From Actinomycetota bacterium (GTDB taxonomy: Bacteria > Actinomycetota > Thermoleophilia > Gaiellales > Gaiellaceae), in the NCBI GenBank assembly GCA_046734415.1, contig JBKPRD010000059.1:3595-67594 (forward strand): a stretch of 64,000 nucleotides of DNA, written 5' to 3'. Below the pieces are notes generated by a model that ran no database searches, had not been told where the DNA came from, and saw only the letters and a program-made list of their open reading frames with translations. Position numbers and translations under genes: made by a program. The stretch's first letter is position 1, and each line of letters opens with the position of its first letter. Below are positions 8,281 through 17,598 of the stretch, in pieces.

Positions 8281-9227
8281 CAGGCGCGGATCTCCGGGAT
8301 CGGAAAGAGCCAGAACTCGGGGCCGGCGACGTGCTGCCCCGGCATCTGCAGCGGGTACTTCTTGATCCTGGCGGTCTTCCCCTCGCCCTTGACGTAGTCG
8401 ACGCTGTAGGCGCTGCCGAGGATCAGGCGGCCCTCCACGATCGAGTAGTTGTAACGGTCGAGCGCGCGGACGGGCGGCCCGGCGGTGCGGTTGCCCTCGG
8501 TGTCGTACTGGCCGCCGTGGCACGGGCACCCGAAGCCTGCCGGCTTCACTGGGGTCGTCTTCAGCACTTCTTGGCCCTGCCTGTTCGTCTCGGTCTTCGA
8601 CTGGTTCTCCGCCACCGGGCCGTTCGGCTGGACGGGGCAGCCGAGGTGGGCGCAGCGGTTGGAGAGCATCGTGAAGCTCGGCTGGTCGACGAGCAGGCCG
8701 TTGTAGCGGATGTAGGCGGTGCGCCGGGACACGTCGCCCGCGTTCGGGTCCTCGACGAAGGTCGTGATCAGGAACTGCCCCTCCGGGAAGTCCGAGAGCG
8801 GCCCGAGGTCGATCGGGTTGAACTTCTGGCCCTCGACGGAGGAGGCGACGAGCATGCCGAGCGGCGGGATGGTGACGAGCCCGCCGATCAGCGCGCCGAG
8901 GCCGAGCGTCGAGGCCTCGAGGAAGCGGCTCCGCGGAAAGCGCTCGCCCGGTGCGGGCGGAGGCATGCCTTCCGGGCCGGCCGCTGGAGGCGGCGCGAAA
9001 CCGGTTTCGGCGAGGGCGGGCGGAGGCGGCGCGGCCTTCTTGCCCTTCCCGGTCAGGTCGCTGATCCAGAGGAAGCCGGCGACGACTGCGATCGCACCGC
9101 CGACCGCGACTGCGACCCAGCTGACGATCAGCCCGACGAGGACGCACGCGACGCCGATCGCGAAGATGACCGGCCAGACCGTCGGAGAAGGAACGTGCGG
9201 CTTATCCTCGCCCGACTGGGGCTCCAC
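8280..9227 (-). CDS. qcrA: Rieske [2Fe-2S] subunit of the bc complex
   Basis: Track ORF of 315 aa, GTG start preceded by GAAGGAGG. Box I CAHLGC and box II CPCHGG. N-terminal TM helices and a Pro-rich linker. Confidence 0.85.
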   Translation of the reverse strand: MEPQSGEDKPHVPSPTVWPVIFAIGVACVLVGLIVSWVAVAVGGAIAVVAGFLWISDLTGKGKKAAPPPPALAETGFAPPPAAGPEGMPPPAPGERFPRSRFLEASTLGLGALIGGLVTIPPLGMLVASSVEGQKFNPIDLGPLSDFPEGQFLITTFVEDPNAGDVSRRTAYIRYNGLLVDQPSFTMLSNRCAHLGCPVQPNGPVAENQSKTETNRQGQEVLKTTPVKPAGFGCPCHGGQYDTEGNRTAGPPVRALDRYNYSIVEGRLILGSAYSVDYVKGEGKTARIKKYPLQMPGQHVAGPEFWLFPIPEIRA

Positions 9228-9260
9228 CTCGTAACGCCTCCTTCTCGACTACCAAGCGGG

Positions 9261-9290
9261 ATTCAAACGGTCGCTTGTGCGTGGTGTCAA
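9261..9290 (-). promoter_or_regulatory. Candidate sigma-70-type promoter for qcrABC (and downstream genes)
   Basis: This is the only sizeable gap (92 nt) in the 10.8 kb minus-strand cluster. On the minus strand it reads TTGACA (9290-9285), an 18-nt spacer, then TTGAAT (9266-9261), about 35 nt upstream of the qcrA GTG. Confidence 0.3.
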
Positions 9291-9319
9291 CGACGTAACA
9301 CTTGGCGCAACGCGCCGCA

Positions 9320-10783
9320 CTATGACGCATCTCGTGCGGCCCGGCGACCCAGACCGTATTCGTCCCAGCGGCTGTCGACGAGCGCCTTGACCTCGTCGCT
9401 CATCACGATCTCCGGCGGCCACTCGCGCGCGCCCTCCTCGGGCAGCTTGTGGGTCGCGTCGATCCCGATCTTCCCGCCGACGAACTGCGTGCCGGGTGCG
9501 TGGTCGAGATGGTCGACCGGCCCCTCGGAGAGAAGGACGTCCCTCTTCGGATCGACGTTCGCGGTAACGCGGAAGAACACCTCCTCGTAGTCGTGGACGT
9601 TCACGAAGTCGTCGACGACGACCACGCACTTCGTCAGGCTGAGCATCCCGAGGCCCCAGATCGCGTGCATGACCTTCTGCGCCTGCCCGGGGAACGTCTT
9701 GCGGATCGAGACGATCGCGCAGTTGTGGAACGCGCCGGTGACGGGCAGGTCGTAGTCGACGATCTCCGGCACCGACATCCGCACCGCCGGCAGGAAGATC
9801 CGCTCCGTCGCCTTGCCGAGCCACGCGTCCTCGGCGGGCGGCTTCCCGACGACGATCGAGGCGTAGATCGCGTCGCGGCGCATGGTCATCGCGGTGACGT
9901 GGAAGATCGGGAACGGCTCCGGCGCCGTGTAGTAGCCCGTGTGGTCGCCGAACGGCCCCTCGCTCCCCTCGTCACCGGCCTCGACGTAGCCCTCGAGGAC
10001 GATCTCCGCGTTGGCCGGCACCTCGAGCTCGACAGTCTTCGCCTTCACGAGCTCGACCGCCTCGCCGCGCAGGAACCCGGCGACCATCAGCTCGTCGATG
10101 TGCCTCGGGAGGGGCGCGGACGCGCTGTAGGCGGTCACCGGGTCGAGGCCGATCGCGACGGCGACGTCGAGCCGGCCGTCGGTGGCGAGGTAGTCCATCC
10201 GCCCGTCCTTGTGGATCTGCCAGTGCATGAAGGTCGACCGCCGGTCGATCTTCTGCATCCGATACATGCCGACGTTGCGGCCGCCCGTCCGCGGGTCCTT
10301 CGTGATCACGGCCGGGAGAGTGATGAACGGCGCCGCGTCGCCCGGCCAGCACGTCTGGATCGGCAGCAGGTCGAGGTTCACGTCGTCCCCCGTGAGGACG
10401 ACCTGCTGACACGGGCCGGAGCGCACGGACTTCGGGCGCGAGCCGGCGATCTGCTTCAGCTTCAGCAGGCCGCTCACCTTCTCGCGCAGCCCCTCTGGCG
10501 GCTGCATCTCCAAGACGTCGGCGAGCTTCCGGCCGGCCTCGTCGAGGTTCTTCACGCCGAAGGCGAGGCACATGCGCCGCTCGGTCCCGAACTGATTGAT
10601 CAGCAGCGGGTGCGCAGAGCCCTTCGGGTTCTCGAAGAGGAGCGCGGGACCGTTCGACTTCACCGTGCGGTCGACGATCTCGGTGATCTCGAGGTGCGGA
10701 TCGGCCTCGGCGGAGATGCGGACGAGCTCGCCCTCGCGCTCGAGCAGCACGATCCAGTCGCGAAGGTCACGCGGCGGGGCCAT
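9320..10783 (-). CDS. ubiD: UbiD-family prenyl-FMN-dependent decarboxylase (late menaquinone step of the futalosine route)
   Basis: ATG at residue 34 of track ORF 9320..10882 gives 487 aa: MAPPRDLRDWIVLLEREGELVRI...NVGMYRMQ...GPFGDHTGYY, full-length UbiD architecture. Confidence 0.9.
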   Translation of the reverse strand: MAPPRDLRDWIVLLEREGELVRISAEADPHLEITEIVDRTVKSNGPALLFENPKGSAHPLLINQFGTERRMCLAFGVKNLDEAGRKLADVLEMQPPEGLREKVSGLLKLKQIAGSRPKSVRSGPCQQVVLTGDDVNLDLLPIQTCWPGDAAPFITLPAVITKDPRTGGRNVGMYRMQKIDRRSTFMHWQIHKDGRMDYLATDGRLDVAVAIGLDPVTAYSASAPLPRHIDELMVAGFLRGEAVELVKAKTVELEVPANAEIVLEGYVEAGDEGSEGPFGDHTGYYTAPEPFPIFHVTAMTMRRDAIYASIVVGKPPAEDAWLGKATERIFLPAVRMSVPEIVDYDLPVTGAFHNCAIVSIRKTFPGQAQKVMHAIWGLGMLSLTKCVVVVDDFVNVHDYEEVFFRVTANVDPKRDVLLSEGPVDHLDHAPGTQFVGGKIGIDATHKLPEEGAREWPPEIVMSDEVKALVDSRWDEYGLGRRAARDAS

Positions 10784-10893
10784 GACGCGGGTCAGTCTAC
10801 GAGCCGACGGCCAGTCCGATGGCTTCGGCGAGCGGTGAAGAGCAGCGTGACTGTGCCGGACGGCGGCTGCCGCATCGCGCAATCATCCGTCGC

Positions 10894-11772
10894 GTGCGCG
10901 TTTATGTCACGGGAGGGAGCGGTTTCGTCGGTGCGCACGTGGTGCGCGAACTGCGGGACGATGGAGCCGACGTTCTCGATGATTGGGTCGACCTACTCGA
11001 TGGCGATCGGCTCCGCCGAGTAATCGACGGCTGCGAGGCCGTCGTCCATGTGGCCGCGCTCTACAGCTTCACGGCACGCGCGAGCGAGCTCGAGGCGGTG
11101 AACGTCAAGGGCACGCAGAACGTTCTCGAGGCATGCCGCCGCGCGCGCGTCAGGCGGATCGTCCACACGAGCACGTGCGCGACGTGCGGCCCTGTCCCAG
11201 GCCGTCCCGCGACCGAGGACGACGCGCCGCCGGCCTGGGAGCTCACCGTCCCCTACAAGCGGACGAAGCTGGAGGCGGAGCGGCTCGCGCTTGCCGCGAG
11301 CGCCGTCTGCGTCAACCCGACGACGCCCGTCGGCGACGGCGACTCACGGCCGACCCCGACCGGCGCGATGATCCGCGGCGTCGCCACCGGCCGCTACCGC
11401 GCCTATCCGCGGATCGGGGTGAACCTCGTCGACGTGCGCGACGTCGCCCGCGGCCACGCGCTCGCGCTCGAGCACGGGCGCCCGGGTGAGCGGTACCTGC
11501 TCGGCGGCGTCGACCTGCCGCTGCGCGAGGTGTTCGAGGCCGTGGCCGACCTCGCGGGGCAACGACGTCCGGTCGCGGCGGTGCCGTACGCGGCGATCCG
11601 GGTGGGCGCTGCGCTCGGGCTCGTCAACCGCTATGAGGCGATCCTCGCGCGCACGCCTGCCTACTTCTCCTCGGCGAAGGCCGAGCGCGAGCTGGGCTAC
11701 CGACCGGGGCCGGTCGAGCCCGCCCTCCGCCGCGCGGTGGAAGACGCCCTCGACGCTACTGCTTCACCCTGA
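10894..11772 (+). CDS. NAD(P)-dependent epimerase/dehydratase (extended SDR, dihydroflavonol-reductase/HpnA-like)
   Basis: GTG at 10894 within track ORF 10819..11772: VRVYVTGGSGFVGAHVV (Rossmann GxxGxxG), then ..PYKRTK.. (YxxxK). Confidence 0.8.
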   Translation: MRVYVTGGSGFVGAHVVRELRDDGADVLDDWVDLLDGDRLRRVIDGCEAVVHVAALYSFTARASELEAVNVKGTQNVLEACRRARVRRIVHTSTCATCGPVPGRPATEDDAPPAWELTVPYKRTKLEAERLALAASAVCVNPTTPVGDGDSRPTPTGAMIRGVATGRYRAYPRIGVNLVDVRDVARGHALALEHGRPGERYLLGGVDLPLREVFEAVADLAGQRRPVAAVPYAAIRVGAALGLVNRYEAILARTPAYFSSAKAERELGYRPGPVEPALRRAVEDALDATASP

Positions 11773-13378
11773 TCTCGTCGAAGTGGACGTACGTCTGGGG
11801 GTCGATCTGGAAGGTGCCCCGGATGCGCGGGCCGACGAGCGCCACGTTCGCGCCCCAGTAGAGAGGAATCACGGGCATGTCGCCGTTCGGGCCGAACATC
11901 GCCTGCTCGATCCCGCCGTAGAGTCGGTAGCGGAGGTCGGCGTCCTCCACGGGCCGCGCGCGGGCGAGCAGCGTCTCGTTGCGCTTGTTGCAGCGGTTCG
12001 TGTTGTTGTTCCCCGACCCGCAGGTGAAGAGCTCGAATCCGTTGATCGCGTCGGGGAAGTCGTAAACCCAGCTGAGCAGGAAGGTGTCGACGGCGCTGTT
12101 CGGCGGCGGACCGAGGAACTGGAGGAACTGCTTGAACTCCTGCCCCTGAAGCGTCGTGCTGATCCCGAGCTGCTGCCACATCGCCTGGATCGCGACGCCG
12201 AGCTCCTTTGCGCCCGGCGCATTCGGGTAGAAGAGCGCGACCTTGTTCAGCGGATGCGCGACCTTCGCCATCAGCGCCTTGGCCGCGGCCAGATTGCCGC
12301 GTGCGGGGAGGAAGCGGGAGTGCGGGTCGATGGAGGCGAAGCCCGGGATGCCCTTCGGCGTGAAACCCTGGGCGGGCTCGCCCGACAGGCTCACGTGGTC
12401 GACGAGCGCGCGACGGTCGATCGCCATCGCCATCGCCCGGCGCTGATTCACGTCGGTGACCTTCTTGAGGTTGAAGCCGACGTAGTACGAGGCCAGCTGC
12501 GGGCTCTCGTAGTAGGCAGGCTTGCCCTTGAAGCGCGGGATGTCGGGGGGACCGAGCATCTGGGTGGTGAGCGCGTCGACGCGACCTGCCTGGAACGCCT
12601 GGACCGCGGTCGTCCCGTTCGTGATGATCGGCAACTTGACGGTCTCGATCGCGACGCGGCCTGCGTTGCGCCAGCCGGGCCACCTGGCCAGGTCGACCTC
12701 GGCGTCGTGCCGCCAGCGGGCCAGGCGGAACGGCCCGTTGGTCACGATGTGCGCGGGCTCCGTCCACTTGTTCCCCCACCGCTCGACCGTCGCCCGTGGA
12801 ACGGCGAAGAAGACGTTGTGCGCGAGCAGGTACGGGAACCAGGGCTGGGGCTGCGTCAGCGTGACGCGGATCGTGTACCTGTCGATCGCCTTGACGCCTA
12901 CCCTTTCGCGCAGGAGCGCACAGTTCCGCTTGCACGTGTTGTAGGCGAGCGCGCCCTTGATCCCGTACATCATGTAGGCGTAGCCCGCGGCGAGCTTCGG
13001 GTCGAGCTCGCGCTTCCAGGAGTATTCGAAGTCCTGGGCGGTGACCGGAGCGCCGTTCGTCCAGCGCCCGCTGTGCCGAAGGTGGACGGTGTAGACCTTC
13101 CCGCCGCCGCTGATCGTCCAGCCCGAAGCGAGATTCGGGACCGGCCGCAGGTTTTGCCCCCGCAGCACGACGAGCGGATCCATGATGCTCAGCGCCATCT
13201 GTGCGGAGACGGTGTCGTTTCCGAGCTGCGGGTCGAGCGAGGGCGGCTCGGATCCGAGTGCAACCCTGATCGTCCTCGCGTCGAGCGCCGACCTCTCCGA
13301 GCCCGCGGATGCAGACAGGAGCGGGGCGAGGAGCACTGCACCCAGGACGAGAGTGGCGAGCCGCACGATTCCGCTCAT
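11756..13378 (-). CDS. ABC transporter substrate-binding protein, family 5 (peptide/nickel type)
   Basis: Track ORF of 540 aa. Has a signal peptide (LATLVLGAVLLAPLLSASAG) and the family-5 SBP layout (..RVALGSEPPSLDPQ.., ..LARWPGWRN..). No cognate permease or ATPase lies next to it. Confidence 0.85.
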   Translation of the reverse strand: MSGIVRLATLVLGAVLLAPLLSASAGSERSALDARTIRVALGSEPPSLDPQLGNDTVSAQMALSIMDPLVVLRGQNLRPVPNLASGWTISGGGKVYTVHLRHSGRWTNGAPVTAQDFEYSWKRELDPKLAAGYAYMMYGIKGALAYNTCKRNCALLRERVGVKAIDRYTIRVTLTQPQPWFPYLLAHNVFFAVPRATVERWGNKWTEPAHIVTNGPFRLARWRHDAEVDLARWPGWRNAGRVAIETVKLPIITNGTTAVQAFQAGRVDALTTQMLGPPDIPRFKGKPAYYESPQLASYYVGFNLKKVTDVNQRRAMAMAIDRRALVDHVSLSGEPAQGFTPKGIPGFASIDPHSRFLPARGNLAAAKALMAKVAHPLNKVALFYPNAPGAKELGVAIQAMWQQLGISTTLQGQEFKQFLQFLGPPPNSAVDTFLLSWVYDFPDAINGFELFTCGSGNNNTNRCNKRNETLLARARPVEDADLRYRLYGGIEQAMFGPNGDMPVIPLYWGANVALVGPRIRGTFQIDPQTYVHFDEIRVKQ

Positions 13379-13431
13379 CGGGTGGAACCCCCCGTTCGGG
13401 AAGGAAATCGACTTCTGAACTGCAGGACGGA

Positions 13432-13560
13432 CTAGTGCTTGCGGATCTTCCGCGAGAGCGTGCCCAGCCCGATCACCGCGAGGAAAATCAGCCCCACGAT
13501 CAGCATGCCGGTGATGACGTCACGGCCCTCCTTGGCGGCGTCGGCGAGCAGCGCGAGCAC
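13432..13560 (-). CDS. Possible small single-TM protein (42 aa from GTG; 24 aa from internal ATG)
   Basis: My translation gives VLALLADAAKEGRDVITGMLIVGLIFLAVIGLGTLSRKIRKH*. It has a hydrophobic helix plus a basic tail and sits 9 nt downstream of the preceding stop. No clear SD. Speculative. Confidence 0.2.
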   Translation of the reverse strand: MLALLADAAKEGRDVITGMLIVGLIFLAVIGLGTLSRKIRKH

Positions 13561-13569
13561 GGCCCGAGT

Positions 13570-14031
13570 CTAACCCACGCGGGCGGCGTGGGCCGCGAGC
13601 GCGCGCTCGACCTCGACCGCGTCGACGGGTGGACCCGACCTGAGGCGTCCGGCGCTCGCCGCCCATGCCTCCCCGTCGCCGGGCGACCGGTCTGCGCGCA
13701 GCTGCGCGCAGACGGAGATGAGCCCGGCAAGCTCCGCCACGGCCCCTACGGCGCGGTGCTCGGCGATCCGGACGAGGCCGTGCGCGTACAAGTAGTCGCC
13801 GAGCAGCAGTGCGGTGTGCCGGTCGCCGGGCTCGAACAGGCGTGCCGTCCCGTAGTGGAGCAGATAGCCCTCGTAGATCGTCTCCAGCCCGAGCGCCCAG
13901 CGATCGTCGGCAAGCGGGGAGAAGACCGGCTCGTGCTCCGGGTCACGCCTGAGCGCCTCGCGCCAGAGCGGGCTCTCGGTCGCCGCTTCGTCGACGATCG
14001 TCGACCAGAGGTCAACGGAAGAGGTCGCCAA
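13570..14031 (-). CDS. Hypothetical protein (153 aa), co-oriented with and overlapping the hemL 3' end
   Basis: Track ORF with coding-like third-position G/C. I recognise no motif with confidence. There is a weak resemblance to a degenerate polyprenyl-synthase helix pair (ETIYEGYLLHYG / LLLGDYLYAHGLVRIA). Confidence 0.5.
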   Translation of the reverse strand: MATSSVDLWSTIVDEAATESPLWREALRRDPEHEPVFSPLADDRWALGLETIYEGYLLHYGTARLFEPGDRHTALLLGDYLYAHGLVRIAEHRAVGAVAELAGLISVCAQLRADRSPGDGEAWAASAGRLRSGPPVDAVEVERALAAHAARVG

Positions 14032-15265
14032 CCGCCTCCACCGTCCGCTCGATCTCCGGTTCGCCGTGCGCCGTCGAGACGAACCAGGCCTCGTACTCCG
14101 AAGGCGCGACGTAGATCCCGCGCTCGAGCAGGTGGCGGAAGAGCTCCGCGTACCGCTCGGTGCCGGAAACGTCGTCGAGCCGGCGGACGGGCTCCTCCTG
14201 TGTGAACAGGGTCAGCATCGCCCCCACCCTTTGCACCCGGCCGAACGGCGCGAGGCCCGCTTCGAGTCTTGCGCCCACCTGCTCGAGCCGGTCGTACACC
14301 CGCGGGTCGCGGAGCCGGCGAAGGACCGAAAGCCCGGCCGCCGTCGCGAGCGGGTTCCCGGAGAGCGTTCCCGCCTGGTAGACCTCGCCAGCCGGAGCGA
14401 GGTGGTCCATCACCTCGGCTCGGCCGCCGAACGCCGCGAGCGGGAGCCCGCCGCCGACGATCTTGCCGAGCACCGTCAGGTCGGGCGTCACGCCGTACCG
14501 CTCCTGGGCGCCCCCGCGGGCGACGCGGAACCCGGTGATCACCTCGTCGAAGACGAGCAGCGCGCCGGAGGCGTCGCACAGCGAGCGCAGCGCCTCGAGG
14601 AAGCCGGGCTCGGGCGGGACGACGCCCATGTTCCCCGCGACCGGCTCGACGATCACGCAGGCGAGCCCCTCGCCCCACCGGGCGACAGCCGCGGCGGCAG
14701 CGTCCGCGTCGTTGTACGCGCAGACGATCGTGTCCTGGGCGGCGCCGCTCGGGACGCCGGGCGACGACGGGATGCCCAGCGTCGCGAGCCCGGAGCCGGC
14801 GCTCGCGAGCAGCGCGTCGGCGTGGCCGTGGTAGCAGCCGGCGAACTTGAGGATCCGGTCGCGGTGCGTGAAGCCGCGGGCGAGGCGGATCGCGCTCATC
14901 GAGGCCTCCGTCCCGGAGGAGACGAGGCGCACCTTCTCGACCGACGGGAACGCGTCGACGATCTCGGCCGCGAGCTCGACCTCGCGCTCGGTCGGCGCGC
15001 CGAAGCTCGTCCCGTCCGCGGCCGCCTCGGCGACCGCGGCAAGCGTCTCCGGGTCTGCGTGCCCGAAGATCAGCGGGCCCCACGACATCACCCAGTCGAT
15101 GTACCGGCGGCCGTCGACGTCCTCGATCTCCGCGCCGGCGCCCCGGCGCATGAAGACGGGCTCGTCGAGCCCGACCGCCCGCATCGCGCGGACCGGCGAG
15201 TTGACGCCCCCTGGGATCAGCTCGAGCGCGCGCCGGTAGAGATCGGTGCGCGTGGTCAGAGCCAC
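14012..15265 (-). CDS. hemL: Glutamate-1-semialdehyde 2,1-aminomutase
   Basis: GTG at 15265 inside the 1352-aa read-through ORF gives 417 aa: ..[12 protein letters not shown].., [26 protein letters not shown] (PLP Lys). Confidence 0.9.
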   Translation of the reverse strand: MALTTRTDLYRRALELIPGGVNSPVRAMRAVGLDEPVFMRRGAGAEIEDVDGRRYIDWVMSWGPLIFGHADPETLAAVAEAAADGTSFGAPTEREVELAAEIVDAFPSVEKVRLVSSGTEASMSAIRLARGFTHRDRILKFAGCYHGHADALLASAGSGLATLGIPSSPGVPSGAAQDTIVCAYNDADAAAAAVARWGEGLACVIVEPVAGNMGVVPPEPGFLEALRSLCDASGALLVFDEVITGFRVARGGAQERYGVTPDLTVLGKIVGGGLPLAAFGGRAEVMDHLAPAGEVYQAGTLSGNPLATAAGLSVLRRLRDPRVYDRLEQVGARLEAGLAPFGRVQRVGAMLTLFTQEEPVRRLDDVSGTERYAELFRHLLERGIYVAPSEYEAWFVSTAHGEPEIERTVEAVGDLFR

Positions 15266-16203
15266 GCGGCGAGGTCCTTCGTCCAGTACGAGACGACGAT
15301 GTCGGCGCCGGCGCGCTTGATCGCCGTCAGCGACTCCAGCGCGGCCTGCCGCTCGTCCAGCCACCCCTGCGCAACGGCAGCCTTGACCATCGCGTACTCG
15401 CCCGAGACGTTGTAGGCGGCGAGCGGGAGATCGAAACGCTCGCGCGCGGCCCGGATCACGTCGAGGTACGGGAGCGCCGGCTTGACCATGATCACGTCGG
15501 CGCCCTCGGCGATGTCGAGCTCGCACTCGCGCAGTGCTTCGCGGACGTTCGCCGGATCCATCTGGTAGCCGCGCCGGTCGCCGAACGCCGGGGCCGAGTC
15601 GGCCGCCTCGCGGAACGGCCCGTAGAAGGCCGACGCGTACTTCGCCGAGTACGCGACGATCGGCGTCTCCGGCAGCGCCTCGCGGATCGCCGCGACGCGG
15701 CCGTCCATCATGTCGCTCGGGCAGACGACGTCCGCGCCGGCCTCGACGTGGCTGACGGCGGTCCGGGCGAGCAGGTCGAGGCTCGCGTCGTTGTCGACCT
15801 GTCCGTCGACCACGACGCCGCAGTGGCCGTGCGAGGTGTACTCGCAGAGGCAGACATCCGTGAGCAGCGCGAGCTCGGAGAAGCGCAGGCGGAGCGCACG
15901 CAGGGCGCGCTGGACGACGCCGTCGTCGTCCCAGGCGCCCGAGCCCTCCTCGTCCTTCTCGTCCGGGATCCCGAACAGGATCACGGCGCGGACGCCCGCC
16001 GCGACGAGGCGGTCGACCTCCTCGCCGAGCTCGTCCACCGACCAGCGGCCCATCGCCGGCAGCGCCTCGTTGGGCTCGGTCGCCGGGCCGACGAAGAGGG
16101 GCATGACGAAGTCGTCGAGGTCGAGCCGCGTCTCTCGCACGAGCGAGCGGAGCGCGCCGGTGCGGCGCAGCCGCCGGAGACGGGTGACCGGGAACGTGCT
16201 CAT
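15256..16203 (-). CDS. hemB: Porphobilinogen synthase (ALA dehydratase), Zn-type
   Basis: Track ORF of 315 aa. RLRRLR N-terminus, Cys-rich metal site [14 protein letters not shown], and [10 protein letters not shown]. Confidence 0.9.
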   Translation of the reverse strand: MSTFPVTRLRRLRRTGALRSLVRETRLDLDDFVMPLFVGPATEPNEALPAMGRWSVDELGEEVDRLVAAGVRAVILFGIPDEKDEEGSGAWDDDGVVQRALRALRLRFSELALLTDVCLCEYTSHGHCGVVVDGQVDNDASLDLLARTAVSHVEAGADVVCPSDMMDGRVAAIREALPETPIVAYSAKYASAFYGPFREAADSAPAFGDRRGYQMDPANVREALRECELDIAEGADVIMVKPALPYLDVIRAARERFDLPLAAYNVSGEYAMVKAAVAQGWLDERQAALESLTAIKRAGADIVVSYWTKDLAAWL

Positions 16204-16269
16204 CTCGGGAAAGACTACGTCCGGCGCCGTTTCCGCAGCAGCCCGTCGATCTGCCGCCGGGAAACGAGC

Positions 16270-17598
16270 TCAGACGGCGAGGCGCCTGGCCGAGAGCCGG
16301 GCGAGCGCGAAGTATGCCGCGCCGAGCCCGACGAGCCAGGCCGCCTCGCGGGCGAGGACGCTCCAGGGCGCGCGGTCGTACAGCGCCGCCGAGAAGAAGC
16401 GGACGGCGTGCGCGAACGGGAAGGCGTCGCTGATCCAGGCGGCCGCGGGGACGATCTCGCGCGGCACGAGCCCGAGGAAGACGACCGGCAGGACGGCGAG
16501 CACGCCGACGAGCGAGGCCGTGCGCGACTCGCGCGCGAGCGCGCCGACGAGCGCGCCGACCGACCCGACCGCCGCCGCTGCGAGGACGACGCCGAGCAGC
16601 ACCAGTGGAACGCGCTGCCACGGCTCCCCGCCGGCGACGTTCCCGGCCTCGACGGCGATCCCGAAACCGAGGAGGATCGCGAGCCCGAGGCCGAGCCCGA
16701 CGACGACGGCGAGCGCGACCTTTGCCGCCACCAGCCGGCCGAGGCCGACGAGCCCGCGCATCAACCGGCCGATCACGTTCTCGTCGCGCTCGGCGGCCAG
16801 CGCGCCGGCGGCGAGCAGCAGGCCGAGGAAGCTGATCGTGATCGCGAGCCCGTACGCCTGCACCTGCGCCGACAGCGCCGACGTGCGGCCTCTGCCCTTC
16901 TCCTCGTCGAGCACGATCGGCGACGCCGTTGCCCGAATCGCGTTGTCCGTCAGCGCGAGCGCCAGGCGGGCGTCGTGGACGAAGTCGGCGATCTGCGCCT
17001 TCTCCGGCGACGCCGGAAGCCGGGCGACCAGCTTCTGCGTGCCGTCGAGCCCGATGATCGAGAAGTCGTGGCCGAGCACCCGCCCCTTGCCGCCGTGCAG
17101 GAGCAGCTGGACGTATTCGATGTCGGCCTGGATGAACGCCTTCTGCAGGCGGAGGTTGAGGTTGTAGACGAGCGCCTGCATCTGCTGGCGCACCCGCGGC
17201 GTGATCCCGCCCGTGCCGGTCGCGAGCGTCAGGTGGGGGCTCGAGACCAGGCCCTGCAGCTCGTCGATGAAGCCGTCCGGGACCGTGATCACGGCGGCGA
17301 CGCGCCCTGAGGCGAGCTGCCGGTCTGCGTCGCCCTGGCGCATCCGGACGAGCTCGACGTTCTTCGCGACCTCGTGGATCAGCGCGTCGATGTCGAACGT
17401 GTTGCCCGCGACGGTGACGCGGTGCGGGATCCGGTCGAGCCCGACGACGCCGACGCGCGGCTTCGCGTTCGCGTACGCCGCCGTGAGCCCGATCAGGAGC
17501 GCGATCACGAGCGGGTAGGCGATCAGCACGCCGAGCAGCAGCGGCGAGCGGCGCAGCACGAGCAGGTCCTTGCGGAGGATGAGGAGGGACGCTCTCAG
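16270..17598 (-). CDS. ABC-2-type exporter permease with a large extracytoplasmic loop (start codon uncertain)
   Basis: This is the C-terminal 442 aa of track ORF 16270..18471 (LRASLLILRKDLLVLRRSPLLLGVL...). It has TM1, a ~200-aa loop and 5 TM. The frame opens exactly at the upstream ATPase stop. I found no ATG/GTG/TTG near there, so CTG at 17598 is a guess. Confidence 0.7.
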   Translation of the reverse strand: MRASLLILRKDLLVLRRSPLLLGVLIAYPLVIALLIGLTAAYANAKPRVGVVGLDRIPHRVTVAGNTFDIDALIHEVAKNVELVRMRQGDADRQLASGRVAAVITVPDGFIDELQGLVSSPHLTLATGTGGITPRVRQQMQALVYNLNLRLQKAFIQADIEYVQLLLHGGKGRVLGHDFSIIGLDGTQKLVARLPASPEKAQIADFVHDARLALALTDNAIRATASPIVLDEEKGRGRTSALSAQVQAYGLAITISFLGLLLAAGALAAERDENVIGRLMRGLVGLGRLVAAKVALAVVVGLGLGLAILLGFGIAVEAGNVAGGEPWQRVPLVLLGVVLAAAAVGSVGALVGALARESRTASLVGVLAVLPVVFLGLVPREIVPAAAWISDAFPFAHAVRFFSAALYDRAPWSVLAREAAWLVGLGAAYFALARLSARRLAV

